Counted from the first letter of the stretch, positions 37,347-47,823 are shown. The stretch is DNA of 64,000 nt from Myxococcota bacterium (GCA_965247115.1 CBDFGR010000003.1:32001-96000), one strand, 5' to 3'. Numbers and translations: made by a program. Notes: a model not told the origin generated them from the sequence alone.

Positions 37347-38669
37347 ATGACCGTCGATAGCCCCGAGGCTGTGATCGCCCCGACTCCCCTCGTCGAGCTG
37401 GCAGACGCGCTGCGCAGCGACGTGCTTTCGCTGGAAGACAGCGTCGAGACGGCCCTAGAGCGCATCGACGGGTTCGAGCCAGGGATCCGGGCGCTCATGC
37501 CAGAGCCGGGCCGGCGGCAGCGCCTGCTGGAAGAGGCGAAGGCGCTGCGCGAGCGCTTTCCTGACCCGGCCCTGCGCCCGCCCCTGTTCGGAATCCTCGT
37601 GGGGGTGAAGGACATCATCAACACGGACGGCTTCGCGACGCGCGCGGGCTCCATGCTCCCGCCCGAGCTGCTCGGGGGCCCGGAGGCCGCCTGCGTCGCG
37701 CGCTTGCGCAGCGCGGGGGCGCTGGTACTCGGAAAGACGGTCACCACCGAGTTCGCCTACATGGATCCCGGGGCCACGGCGAACCCGAACGATCGCTCGC
37801 GCACACCTGGCGGATCCAGCAGCGGGTCGGCGGCCGCGGTCGCGGCCGGCTACGCACCGCTCGCGCTGGGCTCCCAGACTGTCGGGTCGGTGATCCGTCC
37901 GGCAGCGTTCTGCGGCGTCGTCGGCTTCAAGCCGAGCTACGGCCGGATTCCGACAGACGGGGTGCTCGCGTTCTCCCGCTCCGTCGACTGCGTGGGCGCG
38001 TTCGCCAGGAACGCGTCCGGGATTGCGCGGGCCGCGTCCGTGCTCTGCGATGCGTGGAGCGAGGTTCCTCGGGAGGGGCGACTCCCGACGCTCGGTGTTC
38101 CCGTCGGTCCCTACCTGGAGCTTGCGAAGCCCGAGGCCAGGCGCGCCCTGGAGGAGCAGCTCGAGAGGCTGGCCTCCGGGGGCTGCCAGATCCGCTACGT
38201 GCCCGCCCTGCGCGACATCGAGGAGGTAGCAGGACGTCACCTGCGGCTGATCGCGAAGGAATTCGAGCAGGTGCATGAGTCCTGGTTCCGGGAACACGGA
38301 AGCGTGTACCGCCCGGCAAGCACGATGCTCATGGAGCGCGCGAGTGGCTACGCAGAGGACTCGATCGAGATCGGCCGGGCGAGCGGAGAGAGCCTCCGCA
38401 GCGAGCTGGAGGCGTTGATGGACGCGCACCACCTCGACGCGTGGGCGTGTCCCGCGGCGACGGGCGGTGCACCGCAAGGGCTGCAGTCCACTGGCGATGC
38501 CGCCATGAACCTGCCCTGGACGCACGCCAGGCTGCCCGCGGTCAGCCTGCCCGCGGGCAGCTCCCCCGACGGGCTGCCCCTGGGCCTGCAGCTCGCAGCG
38601 CGCCGCGGGACCGACGAGAGGCTGGTCGCGTGGGCGCAGCAGCTCGAGCCGCTCCTGGCTAGCGTCTGA
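37347..38669 (+). CDS. Amidase signature family enzyme
   Basis: GVKD, GKTVTTEFA, TPGGSSSGSAAAVAAG, GSQTVGSVIRPAAFCG. Confidence 0.93.
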   Translation: MTVDSPEAVIAPTPLVELADALRSDVLSLEDSVETALERIDGFEPGIRALMPEPGRRQRLLEEAKALRERFPDPALRPPLFGILVGVKDIINTDGFATRAGSMLPPELLGGPEAACVARLRSAGALVLGKTVTTEFAYMDPGATANPNDRSRTPGGSSSGSAAAVAAGYAPLALGSQTVGSVIRPAAFCGVVGFKPSYGRIPTDGVLAFSRSVDCVGAFARNASGIARAASVLCDAWSEVPREGRLPTLGVPVGPYLELAKPEARRALEEQLERLASGGCQIRYVPALRDIEEVAGRHLRLIAKEFEQVHESWFREHGSVYRPASTMLMERASGYAEDSIEIGRASGESLRSELEALMDAHHLDAWACPAATGGAPQGLQSTGDAAMNLPWTHARLPAVSLPAGSSPDGLPLGLQLAARRGTDERLVAWAQQLEPLLASV

Positions 38670-38703
38670 CGGTTCGAACCCAGGAACAACCCGAGGAGAT
38701 CCC

Positions 38704-39861
38704 GTGGCACCGAATCCGCAGCGGCTGGAGACTCGCGTCGTTCACGCCGGCGACCCGCACCCGCGGATCGAAGGGGCCGTCACGCTCCCGATCTTCCAGT
38801 CGACGGTCTTCGAGCAAGAAGAGGGTGTCGGTTACCACGAGCTCCGCTATCCGCGCCTGAACAACCTGCCGAACCACGAGGCGCTCGCGGCCAAGCTCGC
38901 CGACCTGGAGGGAGGTGAGGCCGCCCTGGTCACCGCCAGCGGGATGGCCGCGATCTCGACGACGCTGCTCACGGTGCTCGGCGGCGGCGGACATCTCCTG
39001 GTGCAGGACTCCCTGTACGGGGGGACGCACAACCTGCTGACGGATGATCTCGACTCGCTCGGCATGAGCTACGACTTCATCGACGCGCGCAATCCGGACT
39101 CCTGGGAGTCGAGCCTCCGGACCGAAAGCCGAGCCGTGTACGTGGAGGCGCTCTCGAACCCGCTGCTCCAGGTCGCGGACCATGCCGCGATCGCCCGCTT
39201 CGCACACGAGCACGAACTGGTCGCGATCATCGACAGCACCTTCGCGTCGCCGATCAACTTCCGAGCGCTCGAGCTGGGCTTCGACCTTGTGCTGCACAGC
39301 TGCACCAAGTACCTGAACGGCCACTCCGACCTCGCGGCCGGGGCCCTGATCGGTCGGGCGGACTGGGTGGAGCGCGTGCTCCACCGACTGAACCACCTCG
39401 GCGGCAGTCTCGACCCGCACGCGTGCTTTCTCCTGAACCGGGGCGTGAAGACGCTCGCGCTGCGCGTGCGCCAGCAGAACGCGAACGCCCTCGCCGTGGC
39501 ACGGCACCTGAGTGCCCGACCCGAAGTGACCGTGGTGAACTATCCAGGGCTCGAGACCCATCCCGACCACCAGCGGGCGCGCGAGCTGTTCCGGGGCTTC
39601 GGCGGCATGCTGAGCTTCGAGCTGTCCGGCGGCGCCGAGGCCGCTCGCCAGCTGGCACGAGGAGTAACGCTCTTCACCGACGCCCCGAGCCTCGGCGGCG
39701 TCGAGTCGCTGGTGACGCGCCCGGTCGCGACCACCCACGCCGGGATGAGCGCTGCAGACCGCGAGCGGCTGGGGATCTCGGACGGGCTGCTACGCCTCTC
39801 GATCGGCATCGAGGCGGTGGAAGACCTGATCGCCGATCTGGATACCGCGCTGAAGGAGTGA
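38704..39861 (+). CDS. PLP-dependent trans-sulfuration enzyme (cystathionine gamma-synthase/lyase or methionine gamma-lyase family)
   Basis: PIFQST, ASGMAAI, YGGT, DSTFASP, HSCTKYLNGHSD, SLGGVESL, RLSIGIE. Confidence 0.93.
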   Translation: MAPNPQRLETRVVHAGDPHPRIEGAVTLPIFQSTVFEQEEGVGYHELRYPRLNNLPNHEALAAKLADLEGGEAALVTASGMAAISTTLLTVLGGGGHLLVQDSLYGGTHNLLTDDLDSLGMSYDFIDARNPDSWESSLRTESRAVYVEALSNPLLQVADHAAIARFAHEHELVAIIDSTFASPINFRALELGFDLVLHSCTKYLNGHSDLAAGALIGRADWVERVLHRLNHLGGSLDPHACFLLNRGVKTLALRVRQQNANALAVARHLSARPEVTVVNYPGLETHPDHQRARELFRGFGGMLSFELSGGAEAARQLARGVTLFTDAPSLGGVESLVTRPVATTHAGMSAADRERLGISDGLLRLSIGIEAVEDLIADLDTALKE

Positions 39862-39871
39862 CGCGGACCCG

Positions 39872-40825
39872 TCAGTCGGCGTCAGCGTCCCGTGGAGCCG
39901 GCGAGAGTCCCACCGCTCGTCGGCGAGCAGCAGCGCGGCGCCGGCCGCTGCCGGTGGGGGCCTTCAGGAACACGAGAAAGTCCAGCGCGACCCGAGTCGG
40001 CGTTCGGGCCGGGTCGCGTACGATCTTGAGCGGCCGGTGCAGCTCGACGTCCGCGACACGAACCACCGCGAGCGTTCCGGACCTGCGTTCCAGCTCGACG
40101 GCGAAGCCCGAAACAATTCCGACTCCGAGCCCCGCGCTCACCGCGCGCTTGATGGCCTCGGTGTCCCCCAGAACCTGGGTTCGCGGAAGCGGCGCCTCGG
40201 CTTGCAGAAACGCTGCATCCACGCTTGCTCGGGTCGCAGAGCCGTGCTCGCGAGCCAGCAGCAGCTCACCGCGGAGCTCCACCGCACGAACCTTGCGACG
40301 TCCAGCGAGCCGGTGCTGCGGGCCCACGATCAGCACGAGCTCGTCGCTGCGCCAGGGCTCCGCCTCGAGGCTGCGCGCGCTGAGCGTCCCGCCCACCACC
40401 CCGAAATCGACTTCGCCCGCGATGATGCGCTCCTCCACCTGGCGACTGTTCAGGACCTCGAGGCGCACCGCGACCCCCGACCGCCGCCGACGGTACGTCG
40501 CAATGAGCTCTGGCAGCAAGACGCCCGGAGTGCTGCTGACGGCCACGCGGACGAGCTCCTCGCCCCGACTACGCGCGAGCAGCGCCGTCTCTGCCTCGCG
40601 CACGAGCCGCAAGATGCGATCCGTGTAGTCGGCCAGTGCCCTGCCTGCCGGAGTGGGCTCCTGCACGCGGCCCCGCCGCGCCAACAGCTCCACACCGAGA
40701 TCTCTCGCAAGGGACTTCATCTGCATCGACACGGCGGGCTGCGTGAGGCCGTGCTCTCGCGCGGCGCCCGACAGCGTCCCCAGTCGCACGACCGACTGGA
40801 AGATCTCCAGCTGACGGAATGTCAT
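39872..40825 (-). CDS. LysR-family regulator (CysL/YeiE/CbbR-like effector domain)
   Basis: TFRQLEIF...AARE.GLTQPAVSMQ HTH; REHGSATR and EAIKRAV.AGLG motifs. Confidence 0.92.
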   Translation of the reverse strand: MTFRQLEIFQSVVRLGTLSGAAREHGLTQPAVSMQMKSLARDLGVELLARRGRVQEPTPAGRALADYTDRILRLVREAETALLARSRGEELVRVAVSSTPGVLLPELIATYRRRRSGVAVRLEVLNSRQVEERIIAGEVDFGVVGGTLSARSLEAEPWRSDELVLIVGPQHRLAGRRKVRAVELRGELLLAREHGSATRASVDAAFLQAEAPLPRTQVLGDTEAIKRAVSAGLGVGIVSGFAVELERRSGTLAVVRVADVELHRPLKIVRDPARTPTRVALDFLVFLKAPTGSGRRRAAARRRAVGLSPAPRDADAD

Positions 40826-40832
40826 GTCTACT

Positions 40833-40849
40833 CATAAATAATATTTATG
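40833..40849. promoter_or_regulatory. LysR recognition site (T-N11-A palindrome)
   Basis: CATAAATA-A-TATTTATG, a perfect AT-rich inverted repeat 8 bp upstream of the lysR start, in the divergent intergenic region. Confidence 0.8.
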
Positions 40850-40920
40850 CTTAACCAAAGTCAACCTTGAATGTACTTTGGCCACTCGAGTTCCCGATCA
40901 TTGCCCGCGGGGGCAAACTC

Positions 40921-41775
40921 GTGCAGGACGCGCTGCCAGACATCTACCCGTCTCTCGCGACGCTGGTCCGCGTGGGCCTGGCTCTCTTGGGCCTGGCTGC
41001 CGCGATCCTGTGGGAGCGTGCCCGTCCGTTCCGCCGCGCGCAGCCTACCCGGCTGCGCCACGACGCCTCGAACCTTTCGCTCTGGCTGGCGAACGCGCTC
41101 TTCCTCCAGCTCGTGTTCGGTGCGGTGTCCGTCGGAACCGCACTGCTATCGCAGCGAAGTGGGCTCGGGCTGCTCCATCACACTACGTGGCCATTTCTCT
41201 GGAAGCTGGCGCTCACGCTCCTGGTACTCGACCTCACCACGTACTCGCTTCACAGGCTGTACCACCTGGTGCCGATCCTGTGGCGGCTTCACCTGGTCCA
41301 CCACAGCGACGCGGACCTGGACGCGACAACGGGAGTCCGCTTCCACACCCTGGAGATCGGTCTCTCCACCTGCGTGCGGCTGGGTGTGGTGTTCGCGCTC
41401 GGGGCGACGCCCCTCGGCGTGATCGTCTACGAGGCCTCGCTGTTGCTGGCGAGCCAGCTCCAGCATGCGAACGTGCGCTTGACGACGCGGATCGACCAGC
41501 TTCTCCGTTCGCTCGTCATCACACCAAACATGCACCGAATCCACCACTCGGTGCGCCGTTCCGAGCTGGATTCGAACTACGGAACCATCCTCAGCTGCTG
41601 GGATCGGATCTTCGGCAGCTACCGGAGCCACCCCAACGTCGAGGAGGTCCGCGTCGGTCTGCCCGGCTTCGCTCCGGAACTCTCTCTCCTCGGCCTGTTG
41701 GCCATGCCCTTCGTCGCACTCCCCTCGGAGCACAGCAGCGATCTCGCACGATCTGCTCGGTCCCGGGACGCGTAG
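40921..41775 (+). CDS. Sterol desaturase / fatty acid hydroxylase family
   Basis: His boxes HRLYH, HLVHH, HAN, HRIHH; NYG..LS.WDR.FGSY. Start approximate. Confidence 0.9.
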   Translation: MQDALPDIYPSLATLVRVGLALLGLAAAILWERARPFRRAQPTRLRHDASNLSLWLANALFLQLVFGAVSVGTALLSQRSGLGLLHHTTWPFLWKLALTLLVLDLTTYSLHRLYHLVPILWRLHLVHHSDADLDATTGVRFHTLEIGLSTCVRLGVVFALGATPLGVIVYEASLLLASQLQHANVRLTTRIDQLLRSLVITPNMHRIHHSVRRSELDSNYGTILSCWDRIFGSYRSHPNVEEVRVGLPGFAPELSLLGLLAMPFVALPSEHSSDLARSARSRDA

Positions 41776-41815
41776 CAAAGCTCGGACTTCGGATCCGATG
41801 CTGTGCCAGGTCTGG

Positions 41816-44110
41816 TTACGGGCTCGACGGCCCAGCAAGCCGTCCCCCCCGGCGGCGAACGCTCTCCGCAGCAACGAGCAGGGCCGGCAGCACCACGAGG
41901 TCTGCCAGTAGGGCACCGAGAATTCCGATCCCCGAGACCACACCAAAGCTCGCGATGCTCTTCCAGGGAGAGAGTGCGAGCGCGAAGAAGCCCACGCTGA
42001 GGGCGAGGGACGTCGTGCACAGCGCTCTGCCGCGCGAGCGCACCGCCGCCTCGATTGCCACAGCGGCCGAGCCCGCTGCCCTGCGCCGCACATGAAATGG
42101 CACGACCACGTGCAGGGCATCGTCCACTGCAAGTCCCAGCAGCACCGCGGCGACCATCGCTGTGCCGACATCGAGGCGTATGCCGAGCGCACCCATCGCT
42201 CCCAGCGTGAGCACGACGGGCAGGAGCGTGGGCACGAGCACGAGAGCCGCGCCGAGGAGCGAGCGGAGGTACGCGGCAACCAGCGCGAGCACAATCGAAA
42301 AGGCGAGCGCAAAGCTCTGCAGCTGAGCGCGGCTGATCGCGTCGACCAGCTGCTGAACGACGGCCAGCGGTCCCGTCACGACAGCGCTCCAGCCCGACGG
42401 CAGCCGGGCTGCGAGGAGCGCGTGGACCTCACGAAGTGAGGCGTTGAGGCGCTCCTGCGGGAGCTTCTCCGCCTGGGTACTGAGGCGCAGCGCGCTCGTA
42501 CGAGAGTCGACAAGGAGCGCGACTCCTCCGGGATCCTCGGCCCGAAGCAGGCGCAGAAGGGACTGTGCCTCGCTTGTTTCCGTGTCGAGCTCGCCCGCGC
42601 GCACCAAACGGTGCAGCGCTCGCAGCGGAGCGAGCACGGAGAGCGTGGGACCCAGCCCATCGATGCGCTGCAGGCCACTCTCCAGGTCGGCGAGTGTGCG
42701 GAGGGCGACTCGAGAGCCTGCCTCGGTCTGCGCCGGCGGCCGCAGCTCGATCTCGAGAGTCTCGGGCTGGCGCAGCGCCAGCGCGACCTCGCGTGTCCAG
42801 CGCACCACCTGACTGTCCTCGCCGTACAAATCCTCGAAGCTTGCCTCGACTACGAGCTGGGCCACGCCCCAGAGGGAGGCGACACAGACGAGAGCGGTTG
42901 CTCCGAGCACGGCCCGACGTCGCGTGCCCGACCAGGCGACGAGCCGTGCGAGCACGCGCTCCCAGCCCAGGCTCGACCGCAACTCGCGCGGCGCACCCCC
43001 GCGCCGAGCTTTCAGCACGATCGGCAGGAGCGTGAAGCTCAGGAGCAGCGCCACGAGAACCCCGAAGGCCGCGCTGAGTCCGAAGCGCGCGAGGCTCTCG
43101 AGCTCCGTTCCGGCAAAGGAGGCAAAGCCCGCCGCAGTCGTGAGTGTGGTCAGCGCGCAGGTGGGCCCGACTTCTCTGCAGGCGGCAAGGATGCGTTCGT
43201 CGCCTCGATCGGTGACCTGCTCGGCGGAGAGGCGTGCAAGCACGTGGATCGCGTCGCAGACGCCGATCACCAGGATCAGCGGTGCCAGCGCAGACGTGAA
43301 GCTGTTCAGAGGCCAGCGAAGCCACCCCAGCAGTCCGAAGGTCCAGAGCGCCGCAATTCCGACCACAGCCAGGCTGATTGCCGCGGGATGCCAGCTGCGA
43401 AAGAGCGCGAGCAGCATGGCGGCCACGAGCGCCAGCATCAGCGGGATGATCCGAACCGTGTGGCGCTGCAGCTCGTCTCCGGCAACGACGAACTCGACCG
43501 GCGCGCCCACCAGCGCAAACTCGAAGCCTGCGACGCGTGCCTCGTCCAGGACACGCGACAGGGCGTCGAAGACGCGCCGGCTCGTCTTGCCGTCGCTGGA
43601 TTCCAGCGTGACGAGGACTGCCCCGGAGCGACCATCGGCGGACACGATCTGGTGCACCCAGGTCGCGTCCGTGAGTGCTCGGGCTGCGAGGGCGTCGATG
43701 TCCTCGGCGGGCGTCCCCTCTGGAGCCAGCTGGCGGGCACGCGGCAGTCCAAAACGAGAGGAGGCAAGCAGGCCAGTCGTGGCCGGACTGTCGACGCGCC
43801 GCACGCCGGGCACGGATACGAGCGCGCTCGTCACTCCATGAGCCATGCGAAGCGAGGCCTCGTCGAACACGCTCTCGCAGGCGCTCGACTCTCCGCACGT
43901 CCAGACGGCAGCTATCGGCAGGCCCGCGCCGAAGCGCGCCACGAAGGCGTCCAGCTCGACAATCGCAGGATGTCGCTCCCCGAGGAACGCGCGGTACCCG
44001 ACCTCGGTGTTTAGCCGCGGCAGGCCGGCACCGAGCAACAGGGTCACACCTGCGAGCAGGAAGAGAACCCAGCGCGGATGCGCGAGCGAGAAGCGCGCTA
44101 GCGCCGTCAT
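41816..44110 (-). CDS. MMPL/RND-family membrane transporter
   Basis: Two repeats of TM blocks with IGVCDAIH and GLAVDDALH, TTLTTAAGF, TTS...GF. Confidence 0.9.
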   Translation of the reverse strand: MTALARFSLAHPRWVLFLLAGVTLLLGAGLPRLNTEVGYRAFLGERHPAIVELDAFVARFGAGLPIAAVWTCGESSACESVFDEASLRMAHGVTSALVSVPGVRRVDSPATTGLLASSRFGLPRARQLAPEGTPAEDIDALAARALTDATWVHQIVSADGRSGAVLVTLESSDGKTSRRVFDALSRVLDEARVAGFEFALVGAPVEFVVAGDELQRHTVRIIPLMLALVAAMLLALFRSWHPAAISLAVVGIAALWTFGLLGWLRWPLNSFTSALAPLILVIGVCDAIHVLARLSAEQVTDRGDERILAACREVGPTCALTTLTTAAGFASFAGTELESLARFGLSAAFGVLVALLLSFTLLPIVLKARRGGAPRELRSSLGWERVLARLVAWSGTRRRAVLGATALVCVASLWGVAQLVVEASFEDLYGEDSQVVRWTREVALALRQPETLEIELRPPAQTEAGSRVALRTLADLESGLQRIDGLGPTLSVLAPLRALHRLVRAGELDTETSEAQSLLRLLRAEDPGGVALLVDSRTSALRLSTQAEKLPQERLNASLREVHALLAARLPSGWSAVVTGPLAVVQQLVDAISRAQLQSFALAFSIVLALVAAYLRSLLGAALVLVPTLLPVVLTLGAMGALGIRLDVGTAMVAAVLLGLAVDDALHVVVPFHVRRRAAGSAAVAIEAAVRSRGRALCTTSLALSVGFFALALSPWKSIASFGVVSGIGILGALLADLVVLPALLVAAESVRRRGGRLAGPSSP

Positions 44111-44151
44111 GCGGCCAGTGTAGTGGCCTCTCAGCGGCACAGCGTGAGAGA

Positions 44152-45012
44152 ATGGCTGGCATGGTGCCGCAACGCAGCTCCGTCGAGGCGACCCTCGTGG
44201 CCTTCATGGATGACCCGGATTCAGCGCATCCGGAGAACCCCATCCACTCCACGGGCGGAGCCCTGGACTTCGGCTACGCCGCCGCCCTAGTCGGTGGCGT
44301 AGCCGTGTACGGCTGGGCAACGCCACTGATCCTCGACGCGCTCGGAGAAACCTGGCTCTCCGACGGCTGGGCAGAGGTCTCGTTCCGTCGACCGACGTAC
44401 CCCGGGGACCCCCTCACGATCCGCGTCTCCGAGCAGGACCAGGGTGTCTTCGCTTTACAGATGGAGAAGGCCGCTGGAGAGACGACGGTTGCCGGCCGCG
44501 TGGGACTCGGCCGGGCGCCGTGGATCGACGCCTTCGAGCTCCCGCTCCGCCGCGAACCCGAGCCGCGCCCCGAGCGCTTGCCGCGTCTCACCATGGCTTC
44601 CGCACCCGTCGGTCAGGACCTGCGGCCCTTGGCCTGGCCGATCACTGCGGAGGACGCTGCGAGGTGGTCCGTCGAACAGGAGAGGGACGACAGCCCTCTC
44701 TTCACGCGCGGCGAACGCCCCCGCCTGCATCCCGGCTGGATTGCGGGCGTGATGAGCCCGTTCGCCCATCACTCGTACGACTACGGACCGTCCATTCACA
44801 CGCGCAGCCACATCCAGCACCTGGCGCGCGCGGAGGCCGAGCAGACCGTCGTGGTCGCCGGGCGCATGCTCCGCACGTACGCCAGGAAGGGTCACCACTA
44901 CTACGAGACGGACGGCGTGATTCTGGATGAGACGGGAGCGGAGCTGGCCTACATCCGCCACACGAGCATCTTCGAGCTCGCGAGACGTCCCCGCACTGAC
45001 GGGAGCGCGTAG
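44152..45012 (+). CDS. Hypothetical double hot-dog-fold protein
   Basis: ENPIHS..GA...GY..ALVGGV.VYG, FRRP.YPG, IHTRS.IQH, RKGHHY..D. Start approximate. Confidence 0.7.
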   Translation: MAGMVPQRSSVEATLVAFMDDPDSAHPENPIHSTGGALDFGYAAALVGGVAVYGWATPLILDALGETWLSDGWAEVSFRRPTYPGDPLTIRVSEQDQGVFALQMEKAAGETTVAGRVGLGRAPWIDAFELPLRREPEPRPERLPRLTMASAPVGQDLRPLAWPITAEDAARWSVEQERDDSPLFTRGERPRLHPGWIAGVMSPFAHHSYDYGPSIHTRSHIQHLARAEAEQTVVVAGRMLRTYARKGHHYYETDGVILDETGAELAYIRHTSIFELARRPRTDGSA

Positions 45013-45016
45013 GTCT

Positions 45017-45793
45017 CTACCACTTCTTGCGGATTGGGATCTTCGCGGCGATGAGCTCGTCTTTGAGCTGGCGGATCGTGTACTCGCCGGTGTGGATCAT
45101 GCTGGCGATGATTGCTGCGTTGGCGTCCGCGCGCGTGAAGACGTCGATCAAGTGCTGGACGGTGCCGGCTCCACCACTGGCCACCACCGGGATGCTAACG
45201 CCGTGCGCGATCATCCTCGTCAGCGCGAGCTCGAAGCCGCTGCGCGTTCCATCCGCGTCGACCGAGTTCACGACGATCTCTCCCACTCCCACATCCATAG
45301 CTCGCCGCGCCCAGTCGAGCGCGTCGAGTCCGGTGCGGTTGCGAAAGCCCCGCGTGGTGATCTCGTACCCGCTCGGAAAGCGAGAGTCTTTGGTCCGGAC
45401 GGGGTCCATTCCGAGCACGATGCACTGACTCCCGAACTGGCGGGCCCCCTCCCGCATGAGCTCCGGGTCCTCGACGGCCAGCGAGTTGACCGAGACCTTC
45501 TCCGCCCCAGCGTTCAGCACCGCGTACATGTCGGCAAGGCTCGCGATGCCACCGCCGACCGCAAAGGGGATCCGGATCACCCGACCGACCTCCCGCACCA
45601 TCTCAATATCGATCGGGCGGCCTTCCGCGCTCGCGGTGATGTCGTAAAAGACGAGCTCGTCGCAGCCCCCGTCCGAGTAGGCCACCGCCATCTCGATCGG
45701 ATCGCCGAGCTCCACGTTGTTCTGGAACTTGACGCCCTTGGTCACACGCCGGTTCCGCACGTCGAGACACGGAATCAACCGCCTGGTCAGCAT
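45017..45793 (-). CDS. hisF: Imidazole glycerol phosphate synthase cyclase subunit
   Basis: RLIPCLDV, KGVKF, DELVFYDITAS, PFAVGGGI, D.DGT..GF, ASGGAG. Confidence 0.96.
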   Translation of the reverse strand: MLTRRLIPCLDVRNRRVTKGVKFQNNVELGDPIEMAVAYSDGGCDELVFYDITASAEGRPIDIEMVREVGRVIRIPFAVGGGIASLADMYAVLNAGAEKVSVNSLAVEDPELMREGARQFGSQCIVLGMDPVRTKDSRFPSGYEITTRGFRNRTGLDALDWARRAMDVGVGEIVVNSVDADGTRSGFELALTRMIAHGVSIPVVASGGAGTVQHLIDVFTRADANAAIIASMIHTGEYTIRQLKDELIAAKIPIRKKW

Positions 45794-46416
45794 CCGCTGC
45801 TACCGTCCCAGCGGATGAAGTTCTCGTAGAGCCGCAGGCCGATCCGCCCGCTTCGCTCGGGATGGAACTGCGTGGCAAACACGTTGTCGCGACTCACGAC
45901 CGAGGCGAAATCGACGCCGGCATAGTCCGTTCTTCCCAGGATCTCGCTCTCGACGCGTGCTGCGCAGTAGTAGCTGTGGACGAAGTAGAACTCGCTATCG
46001 TCGTCGATCCCCGCGAAGAGCGGGTGGGGCCCAAGCTGGCGAACCGCGTTCCACCCCATGTGGGGGATCTTGTCCAGGGGGTCCTGTGGGGTGAAGCGGC
46101 ACACCCCGCCGGCAATCACTCCAAGGCAGTCCGTCCCGTCGTCTTCCTCGGAGTGGTCGAACAGGAGCTGCATTCCGAAGCACACGCCGAGGAAGGGCTT
46201 GCCTTCCTCGATGACCTCGCGCAGCACGGGCACAAGCGCCGCGTCGGTCAGGGCTTGCATGCCTGCCCCGGCGGCGCCCACTCCCGGGAAGACGACGCGC
46301 TGCGCCGCTCGGACCCTTCGCGGGTCCGCCGTGATCTCCGACTCCGCACCCAGCGCGTCGAGCGCGAGCTTTACGCTGGTCAGGTTGCCAGCTTTGTAGT
46401 CGACGATGGCAATCAC
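45787..46416 (-). CDS. hisH: Imidazole glycerol phosphate synthase glutaminase subunit
   Basis: IVDY.AGNL.SV, PGVGA, LGVCFGMQ, PHMGWN, YFVHSY, QFHPE. Confidence 0.95.
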   Translation of the reverse strand: MIAIVDYKAGNLTSVKLALDALGAESEITADPRRVRAAQRVVFPGVGAAGAGMQALTDAALVPVLREVIEEGKPFLGVCFGMQLLFDHSEEDDGTDCLGVIAGGVCRFTPQDPLDKIPHMGWNAVRQLGPHPLFAGIDDDSEFYFVHSYYCAARVESEILGRTDYAGVDFASVVSRDNVFATQFHPERSGRIGLRLYENFIRWDGSSGC

Positions 46417-46500
46417 GGCGTTTCTCCTGGCCCGAGACCGCGCACTCTAGCGAACCCGGCAGTGGAGGGCGCACGGCGTCTTCGCGAACACCCGCCGAAC

Positions 46501-47823
46501 TCAGGCTGCGATCGGCTTGTCCTTGGCCTTGAGGTCCACCCGGAGGGTGCGGGCCGCCATGAAGTAGTGGAAGACGGCCCAGGAATTGCCGACGATCACG
46601 ACGCTGAGCAGCGCGTAGCGGATGGCCTCCACGCCGAGCGAGGGCTCGAGAGTGTCGCTCAACATGCCGACGAAGAGAGGCCCGAGGCCGAGGCCGATGA
46701 TGTTGATGATGAAGAGCAGGATGGCCGAGGCCAGGGCCCGCATCCGCAAGCGGACCATTCCCTGCGTCATCGAGAAGGTGGGGCCGAGCCACATCGGACC
46801 GAGAATCGAGCCGGGGATGGAGAAGAAGAGTGCCCAGTAGGGTGTGGGCCAGAGGTAGAAGAGGAACCCGAAGGGAACGCTGAACAAGGTGGCCAGGCCC
46901 GGCACCCACATGTACCAGCGCGCATCCTGTGCACCGAAGCGGTCCCCCAGCGCCCCGCCCAGGTAGGTACCGAGCACGCCGCAGGTGAGGCCCAGCAGAG
47001 CCAGCCACGTGCCGATCTCGCCCAGCCCGAAGCTGTGGATGCGCATGAAGAACGGGGCCAGGAATAGCCCCGCGCCGTAACCCACGAAAGCGTGCAGCGC
47101 CGCTGCCAACGACATGTGCCGGAACGATGGTAGCTTGAGCATGAAGCGGATCACGCTCCCGACGGACTCCGTCTCCGCTTCTACCACGATGCCTTCGGAG
47201 AGACCGCGTTCCGGCTCGCGCAGCGTCAGTCGCACAAAAATCGCGAGCAGGATCCCTGGCGCGCCCACGACAACAAACGCAGTGCGCCACCCGAAGAACT
47301 CCCCGATCCAGCCACCAAAGAGGTTTCCGAGCGCCGCCCCGATGGGGATCCCGAGCGCGTAGATCGACAGAGCGGTCGCGCGGCGTTCCGGAGGGAAGAT
47401 GTCGGAGATGAAGGAGTGGGAAGGAGGAGAGCCCGCGGCCTCTCCGATCCCGACGCCAATGCGGGCCAGCACGAGCGTCGTGAAGCTGCGTGCCATCCCG
47501 GTCATGACGGTCATCAAGCTCCACGCGAAGAGCCCGACCGCGATGATCGTACGGCGCGATCGCGTATCCGCCAGGCGCGCAATAGGAACCCCAGCGAACG
47601 TGTAGAAGATGGCGAACGCGATCCCACCGAGGAAGCCGAGCTGCGTATCCGACAGCTCGATGTCCTTCTTGATGGGCTCTATGAGGATCGAGAGGATTTG
47701 GCGGTCAATGAAGTTGAAGATGTATACGGTGAGCAGCAGGCCAAGCGCGTAGCGACGATACCCGGAGGAGATGCCTTGCCCTGGAGCGCTCGCAGGCTCC
47801 GCCGGTGACACGTTCGTCGCCAC
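46501..47823 (-). CDS. MFS transporter (spinster-like)
   Basis: NFIDRQIL.IL.EPIK.D..LSDTQLG, ARIGVGIGEA...PPSHS.ISD.FPPERR. Confidence 0.92.
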   Translation of the reverse strand: MATNVSPAEPASAPGQGISSGYRRYALGLLLTVYIFNFIDRQILSILIEPIKKDIELSDTQLGFLGGIAFAIFYTFAGVPIARLADTRSRRTIIAVGLFAWSLMTVMTGMARSFTTLVLARIGVGIGEAAGSPPSHSFISDIFPPERRATALSIYALGIPIGAALGNLFGGWIGEFFGWRTAFVVVGAPGILLAIFVRLTLREPERGLSEGIVVEAETESVGSVIRFMLKLPSFRHMSLAAALHAFVGYGAGLFLAPFFMRIHSFGLGEIGTWLALLGLTCGVLGTYLGGALGDRFGAQDARWYMWVPGLATLFSVPFGFLFYLWPTPYWALFFSIPGSILGPMWLGPTFSMTQGMVRLRMRALASAILLFIINIIGLGLGPLFVGMLSDTLEPSLGVEAIRYALLSVVIVGNSWAVFHYFMAARTLRVDLKAKDKPIAA

